A DNA stretch of 64,000 bases from Macrostomum lignano (GCA_002269645.1 NIVC01002398.1:1-64000), one strand, 5' to 3'; positions 1-12,600 are shown, counted from the stretch's first letter. Numbers and translations are program-made. Notes: generated from the sequence alone by a model not told the origin.

Positions 1-23
1 CTTGTCAACGGAAAAAGTCTCAA

Positions 24-774
24 ATGAACTCAAAACGCTCACTGCAGCTGCTGCTAAGTGCAGCCCTCTTCTGATGCCGATATCGACTCAAAGCCTGTTC
101 CAGACTGTCAGAACTCGCAGTGCGGTGGCTCCGACAGTCACGGACTCTGCGCCAGGCAGCGTCAGCCTGGAGTGCGCATCGCTCTGCGCCCTGAGACCGC
201 CTGCTTCGGCTTCAGCCTGCGGGGGCCTCTGCCGCTTCTTCGATCTGTGGGCTTTTGAAAACGGCACTTGGCACAGCTCGGATGAGTGCGACCTGCACAT
301 CATGCTGACGGGTGAGTCCTCACTGCGAACCCGCCCGAGTTTTGGTTGAATAAAAAATAACTGAAAGGAACTGTGGGACATTGCAGACAAAGCCAAGCTG
401 CATTCATCAGCTGCCAGCAGAGCTCGGTTGAATACGGCTCAGTGTGCGGGAAGGCCATCGATGGAGTAAAAAATCAGGACGCTAAAAAAGGATTCTGTAG
501 CCACACTGGTAAGGAAAAAGCGGCTGGTGGGAGGGCCAGCTGGCCAGACCTGCCTTCATCTCTCACGTCACCATCTACAACAGAGTTGACTGCTGCATGA
601 ACCGACTCAACAAGCTGTCACTGATTGCTGACGGTGTCGAGTGCAACCGGGTGACCTGACGGTGCGTTCTCTGTGGCCAGCTTCACCTGCAAGGCTTTCG
701 GCAGCAAAGTGAGGATTGTTAACCTGCAAGACGTACCTTTGAATATGTGTGAAGTGGAGATCTGCGGTCGCTGA
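24..774 (+). pseudogene. PAN-like + F-type lectin (fucolectin) gene, copy 1, frameshifted (pseudogene or sequence error)
   Basis: Collinear with the intact copy at 28213-28962, including the intron (donor 312, acceptor before 387). ATG at 24 reads MNSKRSLQLLLSAALF then TGA. About seven 1-2 nt deletions (near 72, 197, 218, 400, 520, 652, 665) break the frame. FCSHT and YNRVDCCMNR are retained. Confidence 0.8.
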
Positions 775-3700
775 TTAATTGCTGAATTCTCTTGAAAGAA
801 GACTTAATTCTGTGCTACAAGTGCAAAGTTAGAAGCATAGATGATGAGCGGTAAAGTACAGTTAACAGTCGTTATATTGAAATATTTCCCTATTGTTTTC
901 AGACAACTATTTCTCACTATTTTAATTTCGGTTAAATGAAAAGGAAAAAAACTGCAAAAACATAAAACAAACGAAAACAATCATCTAATGTTGAAGACAT
1001 ATCTACTTTAATGTTTTGATTTTTATTCATCTTGAAGTGGACTAAAAAACTAACGATATCTTTCTCTGTTTACCTGCACTGTTTCCTCATTTCTACAAGT
1101 TTTTGCTTTGTTTTCCACTGAAACATTAGGACTCAACCGCTCGCATATAATAAATAGTTAAAAAACGTAGAGCCTAAAACTATGTTTAGAGTCGGTTAGC
1201 TTTTTATGATGCATGTGCATTCAGGCAGACTAAGGAAGATAAAAAGTTTAATCTACGTTAATAAGCTCATTTGATTCGACTGATATCAAATGCAATAACA
1301 ATAGAAATTTGATGCTGAAAGTTGTTGGATATCCGTCTGTTTCCAGTTACACTTGCTGGTAAACCCGCTCTTCCGTAAATAATCTCAAGTAAAAATCTCG
1401 TGGTAGGGGAATAACCACGGGCTATGGACAGGCTGACAAGATAAGCAAGAGCAGAAGCAAAAACGAAAAATTTTTGTTTACATTAAATTGAAGACAAATC
1501 GGCGCGAAAGGAGTATATTGGAGTGTAATACGGTGGCGAGAAAATAGCCCTTGAACTTATGAAATTATTTTGTTAAAATTAAGAAGTCTCTATACTTGTA
1601 AAGACTTCACTTAGTTTGCGTGGCAGAAAGATGCTTATGCGATAGCATGATAAAATCATTCATATATGTATTTGTCGAAATAGTATTTTAACCGATCAAT
1701 AATTTGGGGACTGTAAAATAGACAAGTCACGTGCATGTACGCACAAAAGAACAAGCGAAGGAGAGAGTTAAAGAGCACGATGGTAAAGTGTACGCAGCAA
1801 CCCACTCAGCACCCCACAATACACAAGCCAAGTCACTACACTACTAATCTACAATACAACAGAGCCTCTCAAGCTCTTCCCTTGCCTGCCGAATCGGCTT
1901 CCTTGCGGAATCGGGTATTAGCTGACACCATATGACGCGTCTATCCAGGAAGGCAGATGTACTCCGGCGTAAGGCTTTCTGTTCACCGGGGTCTTAATTT
2001 GTCCGGGGGACATCGCAAAGCAAAATTATTGTCGCTTTGCGATAACCTACCCTGGATAATCCAAGGCGCAACAAAATCGGGCTTTGAAATGTCATGGGTC
2101 TTGAATTGTCCGGGTGAATAAAAATTGGGGTGGCAAGTTAGTCAAATTATTTACAAGACCAGGCGCTTGTGAATGCGTGGGGCAGAAGCCGAAGGAACAT
2201 CATTAAGCGAGAATAGGACTGACTCAGAGTGCTTGGGAGGGGCAGATAAGATGCCCGTGCAAGCGTACATCTACCCGTGCAAGCGTACATGCCATGAATA
2301 TCAGTGTACGAGCTAATAGGCCGCAAAGGAATGTTCGCTAAAATTATAATACAACTATTCTTTTCAGATAGTTGGAATAAATTTCTTGCCTAAGTCCTAC
2401 GTTTTGGAAAAATAATTCACTCGGTGGCCAAAGCAACGCTAAAACAAGTGTTTTTTTACGTTTTTAGCGACGAGCATGTTGAGCTGCCAGAACATTACAG
2501 TACAAGAGAGAGACAAATGTCTCGGCAAAATTAGCTCGTACTTATCAGCTGGCTGGTTTCCCAAACTGTGAAAACGGAAAGCATCTAAGCGGATGGCCAA
2601 TTTTTGATTTATCGAATTAGATTGGTGAATGGAGTAACAAACTGGTTTTTGGTTGACAATAGTAGCTTTAATTTTAGTTCCTTTTGGAGAGTGAAACGCG
2701 AAATGGTTTTTGAAATATGCACCGTTAAATAAGCATGACGCAGATGTTTGCCATGGAAAAAGTAGCAAAAAGTGATTTTCTACTTTGCGAAAAGTCTTCT
2801 CGAAAGTTTCTATTTCTATAGCCCCGGATATCAGTATCTGGATGTCCTAAAGCAAACCTGAAGGCTGACCCCTCTCTTTCAACCTACAATCGGATGTCCT
2901 AAGACAACTTCCCCTTCTTGTGATCTCCGGGCCGGATAGCAGAGTCGGTGCCGTAGGATGTCCGGGAGAGACATCTCAAAGTGCCCGGACAATGCAAATC
3001 AGCTCAAGATATCCGGGAAGGAGAAAACAAAGCAGTTTTTTTTTGCTTGGCAGTATCCGGGCGGATATTGTAAGTGCGTTCGGATATCCGGGCCAGACAA
3101 AAACCCCGGATAGTCTAAAGTGTAACACCAGCGTTGCCCCCGCTTTCAAGTATCCGAGGACGACCACTGTGTCCCGCTGCACCGCTGCTTCCACGAGCAT
3201 TACGATCTGCTCTAGAAAGTCTTGAGACTAATCAAGACGGGTGACAGAGGACGCAGAACAGGCGATAAAAAAAATACAAAATGCAAAATTGTTGACCAGA
3301 AACTCTACAAAGCTGATTATCTGATCTCTTATGAGCGTATTTCAATCAATACGAATTCGGAGCAATCCGTTTCAAGGCGGAATCCCCTGCTAATTTTTCA
3401 GCTGTTACCAAAACTAAAAATCGTCTTTAAAAGTGAAGGCATCCAATATTTGTCACCAATATTGGATTGGGGAGATGCCAGGGTTCGCAGGGCAACTGCT
3501 GAAATTCCAATTACCATCAATCGATGGGGGACTAAGACTAAATATATAGATTTATATAATTTTTATATATTTAGTTATAGAAGCATATAGAAGCAGCGAT
3601 GTCTTTACTCCTTGAAAGTTCTAAAATAAGAGAACACATGCAGAGCAGTACTCCCAGACTCATCAACTGATAAAACGCACGAGAGCCATGAAGCCTACAC

Positions 3701-3897
3701 TAGGATTGGCTGCGATGCCCGATTTTCACAGACTTTCTTTCCGTGTATTTGTCTCAGTCTCAATAAAATTGCCACCTGACAGCAGCTCATAAAACAGGTT
3801 GCAAACGCACTACTGAAGCCTTTTTAAGTGTATCGTCACTCAATTAAAACCAGAAAAAAGCTGAAAGCTAAAATAATCTTCGTATCGCTGCAAAAGA

Positions 3898-5286
3898 ATG
3901 GCAAAACAACTTTTATCGATAAAATTTGCTTATATATTCGGTAAGTGACTGAACTATAGCCGCCACTATGATTTTAATACCAATTAGTTTCACGCTTTAG
4001 TTTGCACTCTGTTCTTTAATGACAACGAAGTAAATTATCCCAACGCAGTTTGCTGCTCTCTCGTGCTGCGAGTACAAGGCACCAGTTTGCGGACCTATTC
4101 TGTGTGCCCAGAGCAGCAGCTTCACATGCTGGAAGCCGTTCTGAACGCCTACAACAACGTCACGACAACAACCAAGGCCACTCATATCGACTGTCTAGCG
4201 AAGTGCCAGAGGGTGAGCTGCAGCGCTGCCATCTCGGTGGAGAGCAATGCCACGTGCGAGATGGTCACCATAACAACCGCCAAGCTGTCAATCTCAGCAA
4301 ATCAGGTGCAGCAAGTCATCGGATCTCAGGTCGGTGCGAAGGTGTGGAAGGCGGACGACAGCGACTGGCCTTCGCCTGCAGTGCAGCTTTGGAGTGAGTC
4401 ATCAATGCATAGTCTTAGTCGTAAGTTCTTACCAAGATTTCGGCAGACAGAAATTGCACTCACTCCAGTTCTGCACGACGCTGCTCCGTTGCAGACAGCA
4501 GCACAGGTAGAAACGGCTCAATCCAAAGCGTCCTCATCAACACGACCGGCTGCTACCTGATCAAAGCTGCCGGCGCCAGAGGTGGCGACAACTTACTGAC
4601 GAACAAAGCCGGAGGCCAGGGAGCCCAGGTGAGCGCCAGAGTCAACCTGACAGCCGGCACCCAGCTGAGCATCGTTGTGGGCCAGATGGGCGGCTCGACC
4701 TCTCGAAATAGCGAAGGAGGCGGCGGAGGCGGCGGCAGCTTCGTGTACCGGACGGGTGACCAGCTGCTGCTGCTGGCTGCCGGCGGAGGCGGCGGAGCTT
4801 CTTGCTTAGAAAATGGTGAGCCCAGTAGCTGTAGTGTAAATTATAAAAAAAATCCACTTGAATCAACAATTTCATTTTACCGTAGGTAAACCAGGAGAGA
4901 CTGGGATAAACGGTTCTGACAGCCTGGGTAACGTCGCTAAATACACGGGATTCGGCGGCAGCAACGGTCAGCCGGGCTACAACAATCCCGCTGACACCAG
5001 AAGCGATAGAACCCATGGAGGCTGCGGCGCCGGCTGGCTCGGCAGGGCCGTCAAGCGCAGGCGGAGCTCCTCGGACGGAGAGAGAGGCGGCAGTCTGGCC
5101 GACGGCTGGGTCGGCGGCAGCGCCGGAGACGGCAGCGTCTGCGACGGAGGCTTCGGTGGAGGCGGCGGAGGCGGCGGCTCCTTCTGCAGGGGCGGCTGCG
5201 TGTTCGGTGGCACCTCTACCGGGCACCAGGGCTTCGTCTCCGTCCTGCTGGAGTCGACCTCGGCCGCTTGCGATTCGGGCACCTGA
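3898..5286 (+). CDS. Secreted PAN-like + ALK/LTK-type glycine-rich domain protein, copy A (369 aa)
   Basis: Exons 3898-3940, 4049-4393, 4495-4815, 4886-5286; all GT-AG, phase 1, open frame. Signal peptide MAKQLLSIKFAYIFVCCSLVLRVQG; PAN-like DCLAKCQRVSC-x11-C; glycine-rich domain motifs TGCYLIKAAGARGG, GGQGAQVSARVNLTAGTQLSIVVGQMG, GGGGGSFV, LLLAAGGGGG, GGGFGGGGG. Has a 96-nt in-frame deletion relative to paralogs. Confidence 0.85.
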
Positions 5287-5769
5287 TGCCATTGCAGCCG
5301 CTTGTTGACGTAGGGACTTACCAGTCTCTACTTGACGCTACTCTTCTGGGACATAAGAGTAAGGTTTAAAAAAGTAGACACAAGGAATCAGATTAGCTTT
5401 CTCCACATATATTTGATTGAGTTCAGAAGAAAAGGGTCAACCTATTTTCTCAAAACTTTAATAGCTGAATTCGTTGAATACTGAGTTCAATTACAGTTCA
5501 ATTATCATCAACTATAATACTAGTGCTGAAAACATTGTAAGAAGGGCAGGACATCAGAGTTGAGAAACTCTAATTATAACTACTTACCTTATGTATAACT
5601 GTCGCCATACAACGTGGCCTATCTAGGGAATATAAGCGCCATGCTTTCAACTGACTTTCTTCACACTTATAAGTCAACTTTTCTAAAATAAATTTTTGCT
5701 GTTTTCTTTCTGAAATAACCCCGAGATAATCTATTTTTACCTGATACTCGAATCTTTCACTGTTACTGA

Positions 5770-6020
5770 CTTTGCACTCAGACAACTCGAACAATTCCCA
5801 ATTATTAATAAACACTAAATGCACTCGTCTGTCCAAAGCCGCCCGTCTTTTTTTCCTGCCAGAGAATTTCTGGAGGTTTTTTTAGACGAGCGGAAAAGAC
5901 TCAGTTCAGCTGTCTTTCAGCGTCTGCTTTCGGTGCATGCCAAGGCCGCTCGACTGCAGCTCCCTGCAGTTGCCTTCCTGCACGCATCCGCACCCTTCCG
6001 TACCATGCTTGCTCGCTCAT
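5770..6020 (+). repeat. Conserved ~250-bp block downstream of each full-length glycine-rich gene
   Basis: Reverse-complement copies at about 9010-9190, 16450-16680, 32680-32950 and 40850-41060 (shared ttgcactcagacaactc...aaagccgcccgtctttttt...ctttcggtgcatgccaaggccgctcgactgcag). Confidence 0.8.
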
Positions 6021-6344
6021 GGGCTACGATGGGGAATTGAAAATCTTTTAAAAACTTGTTAAGTAGGCCGAGAAAATTTTAAACTGTAGCTTTCCCTAGC
6101 AGTTGAACATTTTGCCATGAAAACAAATCCTCGGGTTTACATGATGTACTTTCTGGCTCAGAAATTTGTGGTAATGATTTCGTTTTAACTTCTGTAGTCA
6201 GTGTTTAAGCTGACAAAGACTGCTAATTCAATACACCCTAATTAAATACTCGAAGCAATCTGCTTTGGTTTTTATTCTCGGAGCAACAATAGGTAAAAAA
6301 TTACTTAAGCGGTCAATATATGCTTTTGGGAGATGCGGCAAGTT

Positions 6345-6908
6345 GGTAGAGATGCAGGGAGGCAGAGATGCAGGGCGGAGGCAGAGATGCAGGGTGGTGG
6401 CAGAGATGCAGGGAGGTGATAGAGACGCAGGGCGGAGGCAGAGATGCAGGGCGGTGGCAGAGATGCAAGGAGGTGGCAGAGATGCAGGAAGGTAGCAGAG
6501 ATGCAGGGAGGTGGCAGAGATGCAGGAAGGTGGCAGAGATGCAGGAAGGTGGCAGAGATGCATGGAGGTGGCAGAGATGCAGGGAGGTGAGAGAGATGCA
6601 GGAAGGTGGCAGAGATGCATGGAGGTGGCAGAGATGCAGGGAGGTGATAGAGACGCAGGGCGGAGGCAGAGATGCAGGGAGGTGATAGAGACGCAGGGCG
6701 GAGGCAGAGATGCAGGGAGGTGAGAGAGATGCAGGGCGGTGACAGAGATGCAGGGCGGTGACAGAGATGCATGGAGGTGAGAAAGAGGCAGGGAGGTGAG
6801 AAAGAGGCAGGGAGGTGAGAAAGAGGCAGGGAGGTGGCGGAGATGCAGGGAGGTGAGAGAGATGCAGGGCGGTGGCAGAGATGCAGGGAGGTGGCAGAGA
6901 TGCAGGGA
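6345..6908 (+). repeat. 19-bp minisatellite (GCAGAGATGCAGGGAGGTG)n
   Basis: Period 19 read directly; roughly 30 degenerate copies. Confidence 0.95.
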
Positions 6909-7399
6909 TCGGTGACAGATGCTGGCTGCTTTCCTGCAGGCGCTTGTCTGAAACCGGCAATATTTGAGAGACCTCACGTGTGTTCAGGAAACTGCAGGTC
7001 GGCATCGGTCAACTCTGAGCACAGGGGATGAGTCAACATCAGTTAGAATCTTCGAGCGCATAGGACTGATGCAGTCTGCAGCTTCAACAGGTACTTTGGT
7101 AACTTAGAGCTCATGCTTTTTTACCACGGCTCCTATAAGTGAGTCATCATCCACTCAAATAATCTAATATATTGTCAAAGTCATCATTGTTATTTTACCT
7201 GGGATATTTTCACTCGTGAAATCCTAAATCAATGACTCATATCAGTTACGTTAATACTCGCAGCAGGAAACAGTGCTACGATTTCAGGCCCATTTTTTCT
7301 GAGCGTAATAATAATTAATAGTGATAATTGATTACACCTGCCCTAATTGGCCAGCTGTGCAACCGACAGCTCAGCCGCAGCTATTGCGCGGCGCGGGGG

Positions 7400-7500
7400 T
7401 CGCTACGCACCCTCAATTACCCCACCTAATGCTGGGACCCATTTTACAGCTGGGTGAAGTGAAGCAATGCAGAGTTAAGTGTCTTGCTCAAGGGCACAAA
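7400..7500 (-). mobile_element. CORE-SINE-like fragment
   Basis: cccattttacagctgggtgaagtgaagcaatgcagagttaagtgtcttgctcaagggcaca resembles the reverse complement of the CORE/MIR-type SINE central domain (pattern recognition only). Confidence 0.5.
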
Positions 7501-8404
7501 TGATGTTCATGGAGTTGGAGTTACCTACCGAATAGAAGTGTTGGTAAATGTGATAATCAAAGAAAGCTCCATTCCGCCATTGAAAGGAGTTCCAGTTTCC
7601 TAAATCTGAAAACTTAAAACTGTCCAGTCACCTTCAAGCTAATCAGCAATATTTTTCATCCAGCCTTCAATTTTGTGTGTCGATGTTGTGGAAGAGTCAA
7701 TGTTGTCAATGTCAATGTCAATGTCAATGTTGTCAATGTTGTGTGTCGCGTTTTAGAACTCTTTCTTAATTCAAAATGCACACTAGCTCTATGTACACGC
7801 GACACTGTACATTGCATGAATCAATATTTCAACCCGCTTCACTTGACAATATATATAGTCTGACTTTGGCCAACTTGGGCCTCAAGAGTTTTGTCGTGCC
7901 TAAATGTCTCGCTTGTTCCTACTTAACAGCAGTGTGTGCTTGAGTATTTGGATATAGTTTAATGATGATACAGCTAATATAAAGTTAGATGGTCTCTAAC
8001 TTACGTGAGCTGTGGCAAGAAAGCATGAATTCTAAATTGCAAATTACCTGTTGAAGCTGCAGTCTGCATCAGTCCTATGTATTCGAAGATTCTGACTGAT
8101 GCAGACCATGTGCTCAGAGTTGACTGTTGCCGACCCGCAGTGTCCCGAACACACGGGACATCAATCAGGAGCTGAACCTCGGTTAGAATACAGGAAAACT
8201 TTATTCAATTTGAATCTTGCAAGAACTAAAACAAAAGTAGCAAGCATGCCGTTTCAATTTCACTGTCAAAGTTCAGTAAGGGTATGATAAAAAACATTTT
8301 CCACGTAACATAAACAGTGAAAATTAGATTCATAAACTTTATTATACGATCTGTCTCTCCTTCATCTCCGACTGATCGGTGACTAGCGGATTCATACATC
8401 GCTG

Positions 8405-9000
8405 CACCTCGCTACATCCCTGCTAGCTCCCTGCATCTCTGCTAGCTCGCTGCATCTCTGCTAGCTCCCTGCATCTCTGCTAGCTCCCTGCATCTCTGCT
8501 AGCTCCCTGCATCCCTGCTAGCTCCCTGCATCTCTGCTAGCTCGCTGCATCTCTGCTAGCTCCCTGCATCTCTGCTAGCTCGCTGCATCTCTGCTAGCTC
8601 CCTGCATCTCTGCTAGCTCCCTGAATCTCTGCTAGCTCCCTGCATCCCTGCTAGCTCCCTGCATCTCTGCTAGCTCGCTGCATCTCTGCTAGCTCCCTGC
8701 ATCTCTGCTAGCTCCCTGCATCTCTGCTAGCTCGCTGCATCTCTGCTAGCTCCCTGCATCTCTGCTAGCTCCCTGAATCCCTGCTAGCTCCCTGCATCCC
8801 TGTATCCCTCCTAGCTCCCTGCATCCCTCCTAGCTCCCTGTATCCCTCCTAGCTCCCTGTATCCCTCCTAGCTCCCTGCATCCCTCCTAGCTCCATGTAT
8901 CCCTCCTAGCTCCCTGCATCCCTCCTAGCTCCCTGTATCCCTCCTAGCTCCCTGCATCCCTCCTAGCTCCCTGCATCCCTCCTAGCTCCCTGCATCCCTT
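8405..9000 (-). repeat. 19-bp minisatellite (GCTAGCTCCCTGCATCTCT)n on + strand
   Basis: Period 19; the reverse-complemented unit matches the 6345-6908 unit at 17 of 19 positions. Confidence 0.95.
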
Positions 9001-9618
9001 CCGTCCCGCTTTATCAAGCAGTATGGAAGGGCGCAGATGCGAGCAGGAAGGCAGCTGCAGTCGAGCGGCCTTGGCATGCACCGAAAGCAGACATTGAAGG
9101 ACAGATGAACACACATTTTTCCGCTCGTCTAAAAAAACCTCCGACAATTCTCCGGTAGGAAAAAAGGACGAGCGGCTACGGACAAAGAAGTGTATTTAGT
9201 GTATTTAGTGATAAGAACTTAGTGAGTAGTAAGATTTCGAGTCACATAACTCTAAGGTGCTACACCACAATGTTCCCGTCACCAGAAGTATAGTGCAAAT
9301 ATCTTCAAATTAACATCTTTGACGTTGACATTTGAAAAAATTGTTGAAAAATATTAATATAAAAGAACGAACTAATTAAATTCATCATGTCTACCTTATA
9401 ATCCTACCCAGACTATATTGTCTAGGCACAAATACAAATTCTATTTATCTTTAATGGTCTACTGGTCGCTATCACAGCCTCCCTAGCACTACAAGCGTAA
9501 GCTTTTTGTATCAGAAGAAAAGCGTTAAGGTTCAAAAGAATAAGCAGCATTAATCAGTGACCATCCAAGTTAAAACATGACTGGCCAAATCCCATTTCAA
9601 CAAGCGGTTTCTGTGGCA

Positions 9619-12600
9619 TCAGGTGTCCAAGTTGCAGGTGGCTGAGTCCGACTCCAGCAGGACGGACACAAAGCCCTGGTCGCCGGTCCAGGTGCCGCCG
9701 AACACGCAGCCGCCGTTGCAGAAGGAGCCGCCGCCGCCGCCGCTGTGGCCGAAGCCCAGTCCGGCTCCGCCACCGCTGAAGCCGCCACCACCTCCAGCCG
9801 TTCCGTTAAGTGGGCTGGTCCTGCTGCCGCCTCCGCCGCCTCCGCCGAAGCCTCCGTCGCAGACGCTGCCGTCTCCGGCGCTGCCGCCGACCCAGCCGTT
9901 GGCCAGGCTGCCGCCTCTCTCTCCGTCCGAGGAGCTCCGCCTGGGGCTGACGGCCCTGCCGAGCCAGCCGGCGCCGCAGCCGCCGTGGTTGCTATGGCTT
10001 GGGGTTCCAGAGGGGCTGTTGGAGCCCGGATTACCGTTGGTGCCGCCAAATCCAGCTAGGGTAGTGCCGGCACCAAGACTGTCAGAACCGTTTATCCCAG
10101 TCTCTCCCTGTTGTCCTACGGTATAATCAAGCAAGCTGCTTATCAGTGGCTTTTCGGTTCATAATTTACATATTTTTAGCAAAATGCAGCCACTGAGCTC
10201 ACCGTTTCTACTAAAGGAAGCTCCGCCGCCTCCGCCGGCAGCCAGCAGCAGCAGCTGGTCGACCGTCCGGTACACAAAGCTGCCGCCTCCTCCGCCGCCT
10301 CCTTCTAAATCCAAGGAGGTCGAGCCGCCCATCTGACCCACAACGATGCTCAGCTGTGTGCCGGCTGTCAGGTTGACTCTGGCGCTCACCTGGGCTCCCT
10401 GGCCTCCGGGTGTGTTCGTCAGTAAGTTGTGGCCACCTCTGGCGCCGGCAGCTTTGATCAGGTAGCAGCCGGTCGTGTTGATGAGGACGCTTTGGATTGA
10501 GCCGTTTCTACCTGTGCTGCTGTCTGCAACGGAGCAGCGTCAGCGAGTTACAGAACTGGAGTGAGTGCAATTTTTGTCTGTGCCAGAATCGTAGTTGCGT
10601 TGGTTTGTGACTAGTTCTAACCTGTGACTATCCAGTTTTAAATCCCAATCTTCGGCCCTGCCAGTGTCGCCCTGCATGCGTTCTCTCTTCCACTTGTCCA
10701 CGCTGTATGGACTGCTTGGCTCTGTGTGCCTTGAGTGGTGGCCTGGTGGGGGCGGGCTTTAGCCTCGGCGTCGTCGTTCCTTGTATTTGCATCTCGCTAT
10801 GTTTACTCAGTGCTTTGGGATGTCTGTATGAGCTCAAAACTTTAGCTGTAAATTTTCGATTTGCCGTCATATCTGATATCGACCGGTTAAAAATGGCCCA
10901 AGTTCTCACGGCTCTGAGAGACAATGGCCTGCCGGCTTCGGTAAATAAACAAGAGCTTATTAAACGGCTTGATATGATGCAGAAGGAGACACAACAGAAA
11001 AGCAGCGATAAATCAGCTGCTGAACGAGGAAGAATCCGAGATATTCAACCCGACAACATCGCCCAGACTTATTAGCGAGATTCAGAAAACTGGATGGTGG
11101 ATCGAGCTGCAAGAAATGAAGAAGCGATTGGTGCAACTCCGGGGCAGGAAATCGGACTGCATACCGCTGCCACAGCTGTAGATTTCAACCCGATTTTAAC
11201 ACTTTTTGGTCTGCTTTCAGCGAAGATGCGGCCGGCTCGACGTCTTCTGCTCATCTCGCATTGGATCGCTGCAAACTCCAGAATAATGCTGCAGCTGCTA
11301 GACCCCAACCAGCTCGTCTCTAAAGAAAGCGATTGAAGTATTGACGTGTGTCGCTTGAAGGCTTACCCCAATTTCAACATAAATATTGGCCAGCTCATAG
11401 CAGCAAACAACCATTAGAATATCGTCTTTTGATATGATGAGGACATGTGTCTGTTACTGTACGAGCTACAAAGAGACTCAGACAGCCCAGACCTCAATCT
11501 TACTCGTATAATCTATCTATCAAGCACATGACGGCGGCGCCGAACCTGCGAAGAAGAAGCAGCAAGAAGTCTTCCAGTAGTAACGTCTAATGGCAATATC
11601 ATAGGGCCAGACGATTTGCGCCTTTTTCAACCGCAACCAGGGAGGTCCGGGGCAGCCTTGCAATTTTGCATACGTCTGCTGGATTTGTGAGCTCTGTCCA
11701 TCAGCACACCAAAGGCGCGGGCCCAAAAAGCTGATCGACGTTGCCTCACCCTCTGCCTCGCCTTCTGCTTTGCCTGCTGTCTCGCATACTGCTTCATTCT
11801 CTCCCGTCTCCGCCTCCTTCGTCATACTCTATACAGTCACGTCTGATGGCGCCTTAACTACCGACAAATGTAGAGGTTTATCCATTCATAGAATGTTACT
11901 GTAAGTAGACTAATGCAAACACGCATAGCAAAACTTAAACTGTTAATCATGTTACTATTAAAACGGAGAAATTGATCATGTTATCATTTATAATGAAAAA
12001 GATGAATCATGCTACTCGTATTATTCATATCTCGCAAAAATTGCGTACGTATAAATACAAGCAAAAATCCGATATGGAATCTCATACTCGGCCGACTTCA
12101 GAATCCAAGAAACTCCGGAGGAAGACTACATTGAGGAGACAAGCTCTATGGATCTGTCTGACAACTGAGGAGCCCGCAATAGTGAGTGATCACTAAATTC
12201 TGTTCCCAGACTTGCGGTCTGGAAGTGGGAGTTTTTGAGTGACTAATCACCACTCTTAAACTACTCACAAAATCTAACCAGCCCGCCAAGCCGCCAGGCA
12301 AAGCCGCCAGGCAAAGCCGCCAATTCAGACACCGGGTCGATTTTTCACCCGGTGTCTCACCATAGTTTCAATATACTAGCCTGCGTCATGAATTCTTCAT
12401 CGTCAAAAAGCCAGCTCAATCAGTCGCCGAAGTCAGCAACTACGAATCCGCTCTTTGTGAGGACAGAAAGACAGCTGGTTGAGTTCCAGATCAAAGAGGA
12501 AGATGAGACTGGCCGCACTTGATTAGAATCAGGTTGCTACCGCGCATCTCCGTTCGTGGCAATGCTGCTGTTGATCTTCTTTAGGTTTAATGCGTTGGTC

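Noticed and set aside
2820-3120. Cluster of CCGGATA/TATCCGG motifs suggesting a MITE
   Set aside because: No terminal inverted repeats, TSD or second copy found in the window.
4050-4397. Open alternative frame across the PAN exon (also 12981-13370, 18160-18570), suggesting dual coding
   Set aside because: This frame is closed by TGA in copies F and H (GGC CAC TGA) and would stop a few codons into exon 3, so it is not conserved.
6228-7005. Cys/Leu/Pro-rich ORFs of 155-249 aa
   Set aside because: Translations of the 19-bp minisatellite.
9597-10126. Pro-rich and Ala-rich ORFs opposite the glycine-rich exon 4 (also 4642-5308, 17073-17540, 33571-33981, 41775-42116)
   Set aside because: Antisense or off-frame shadows of GGC-rich codons, with no independent gene structure.
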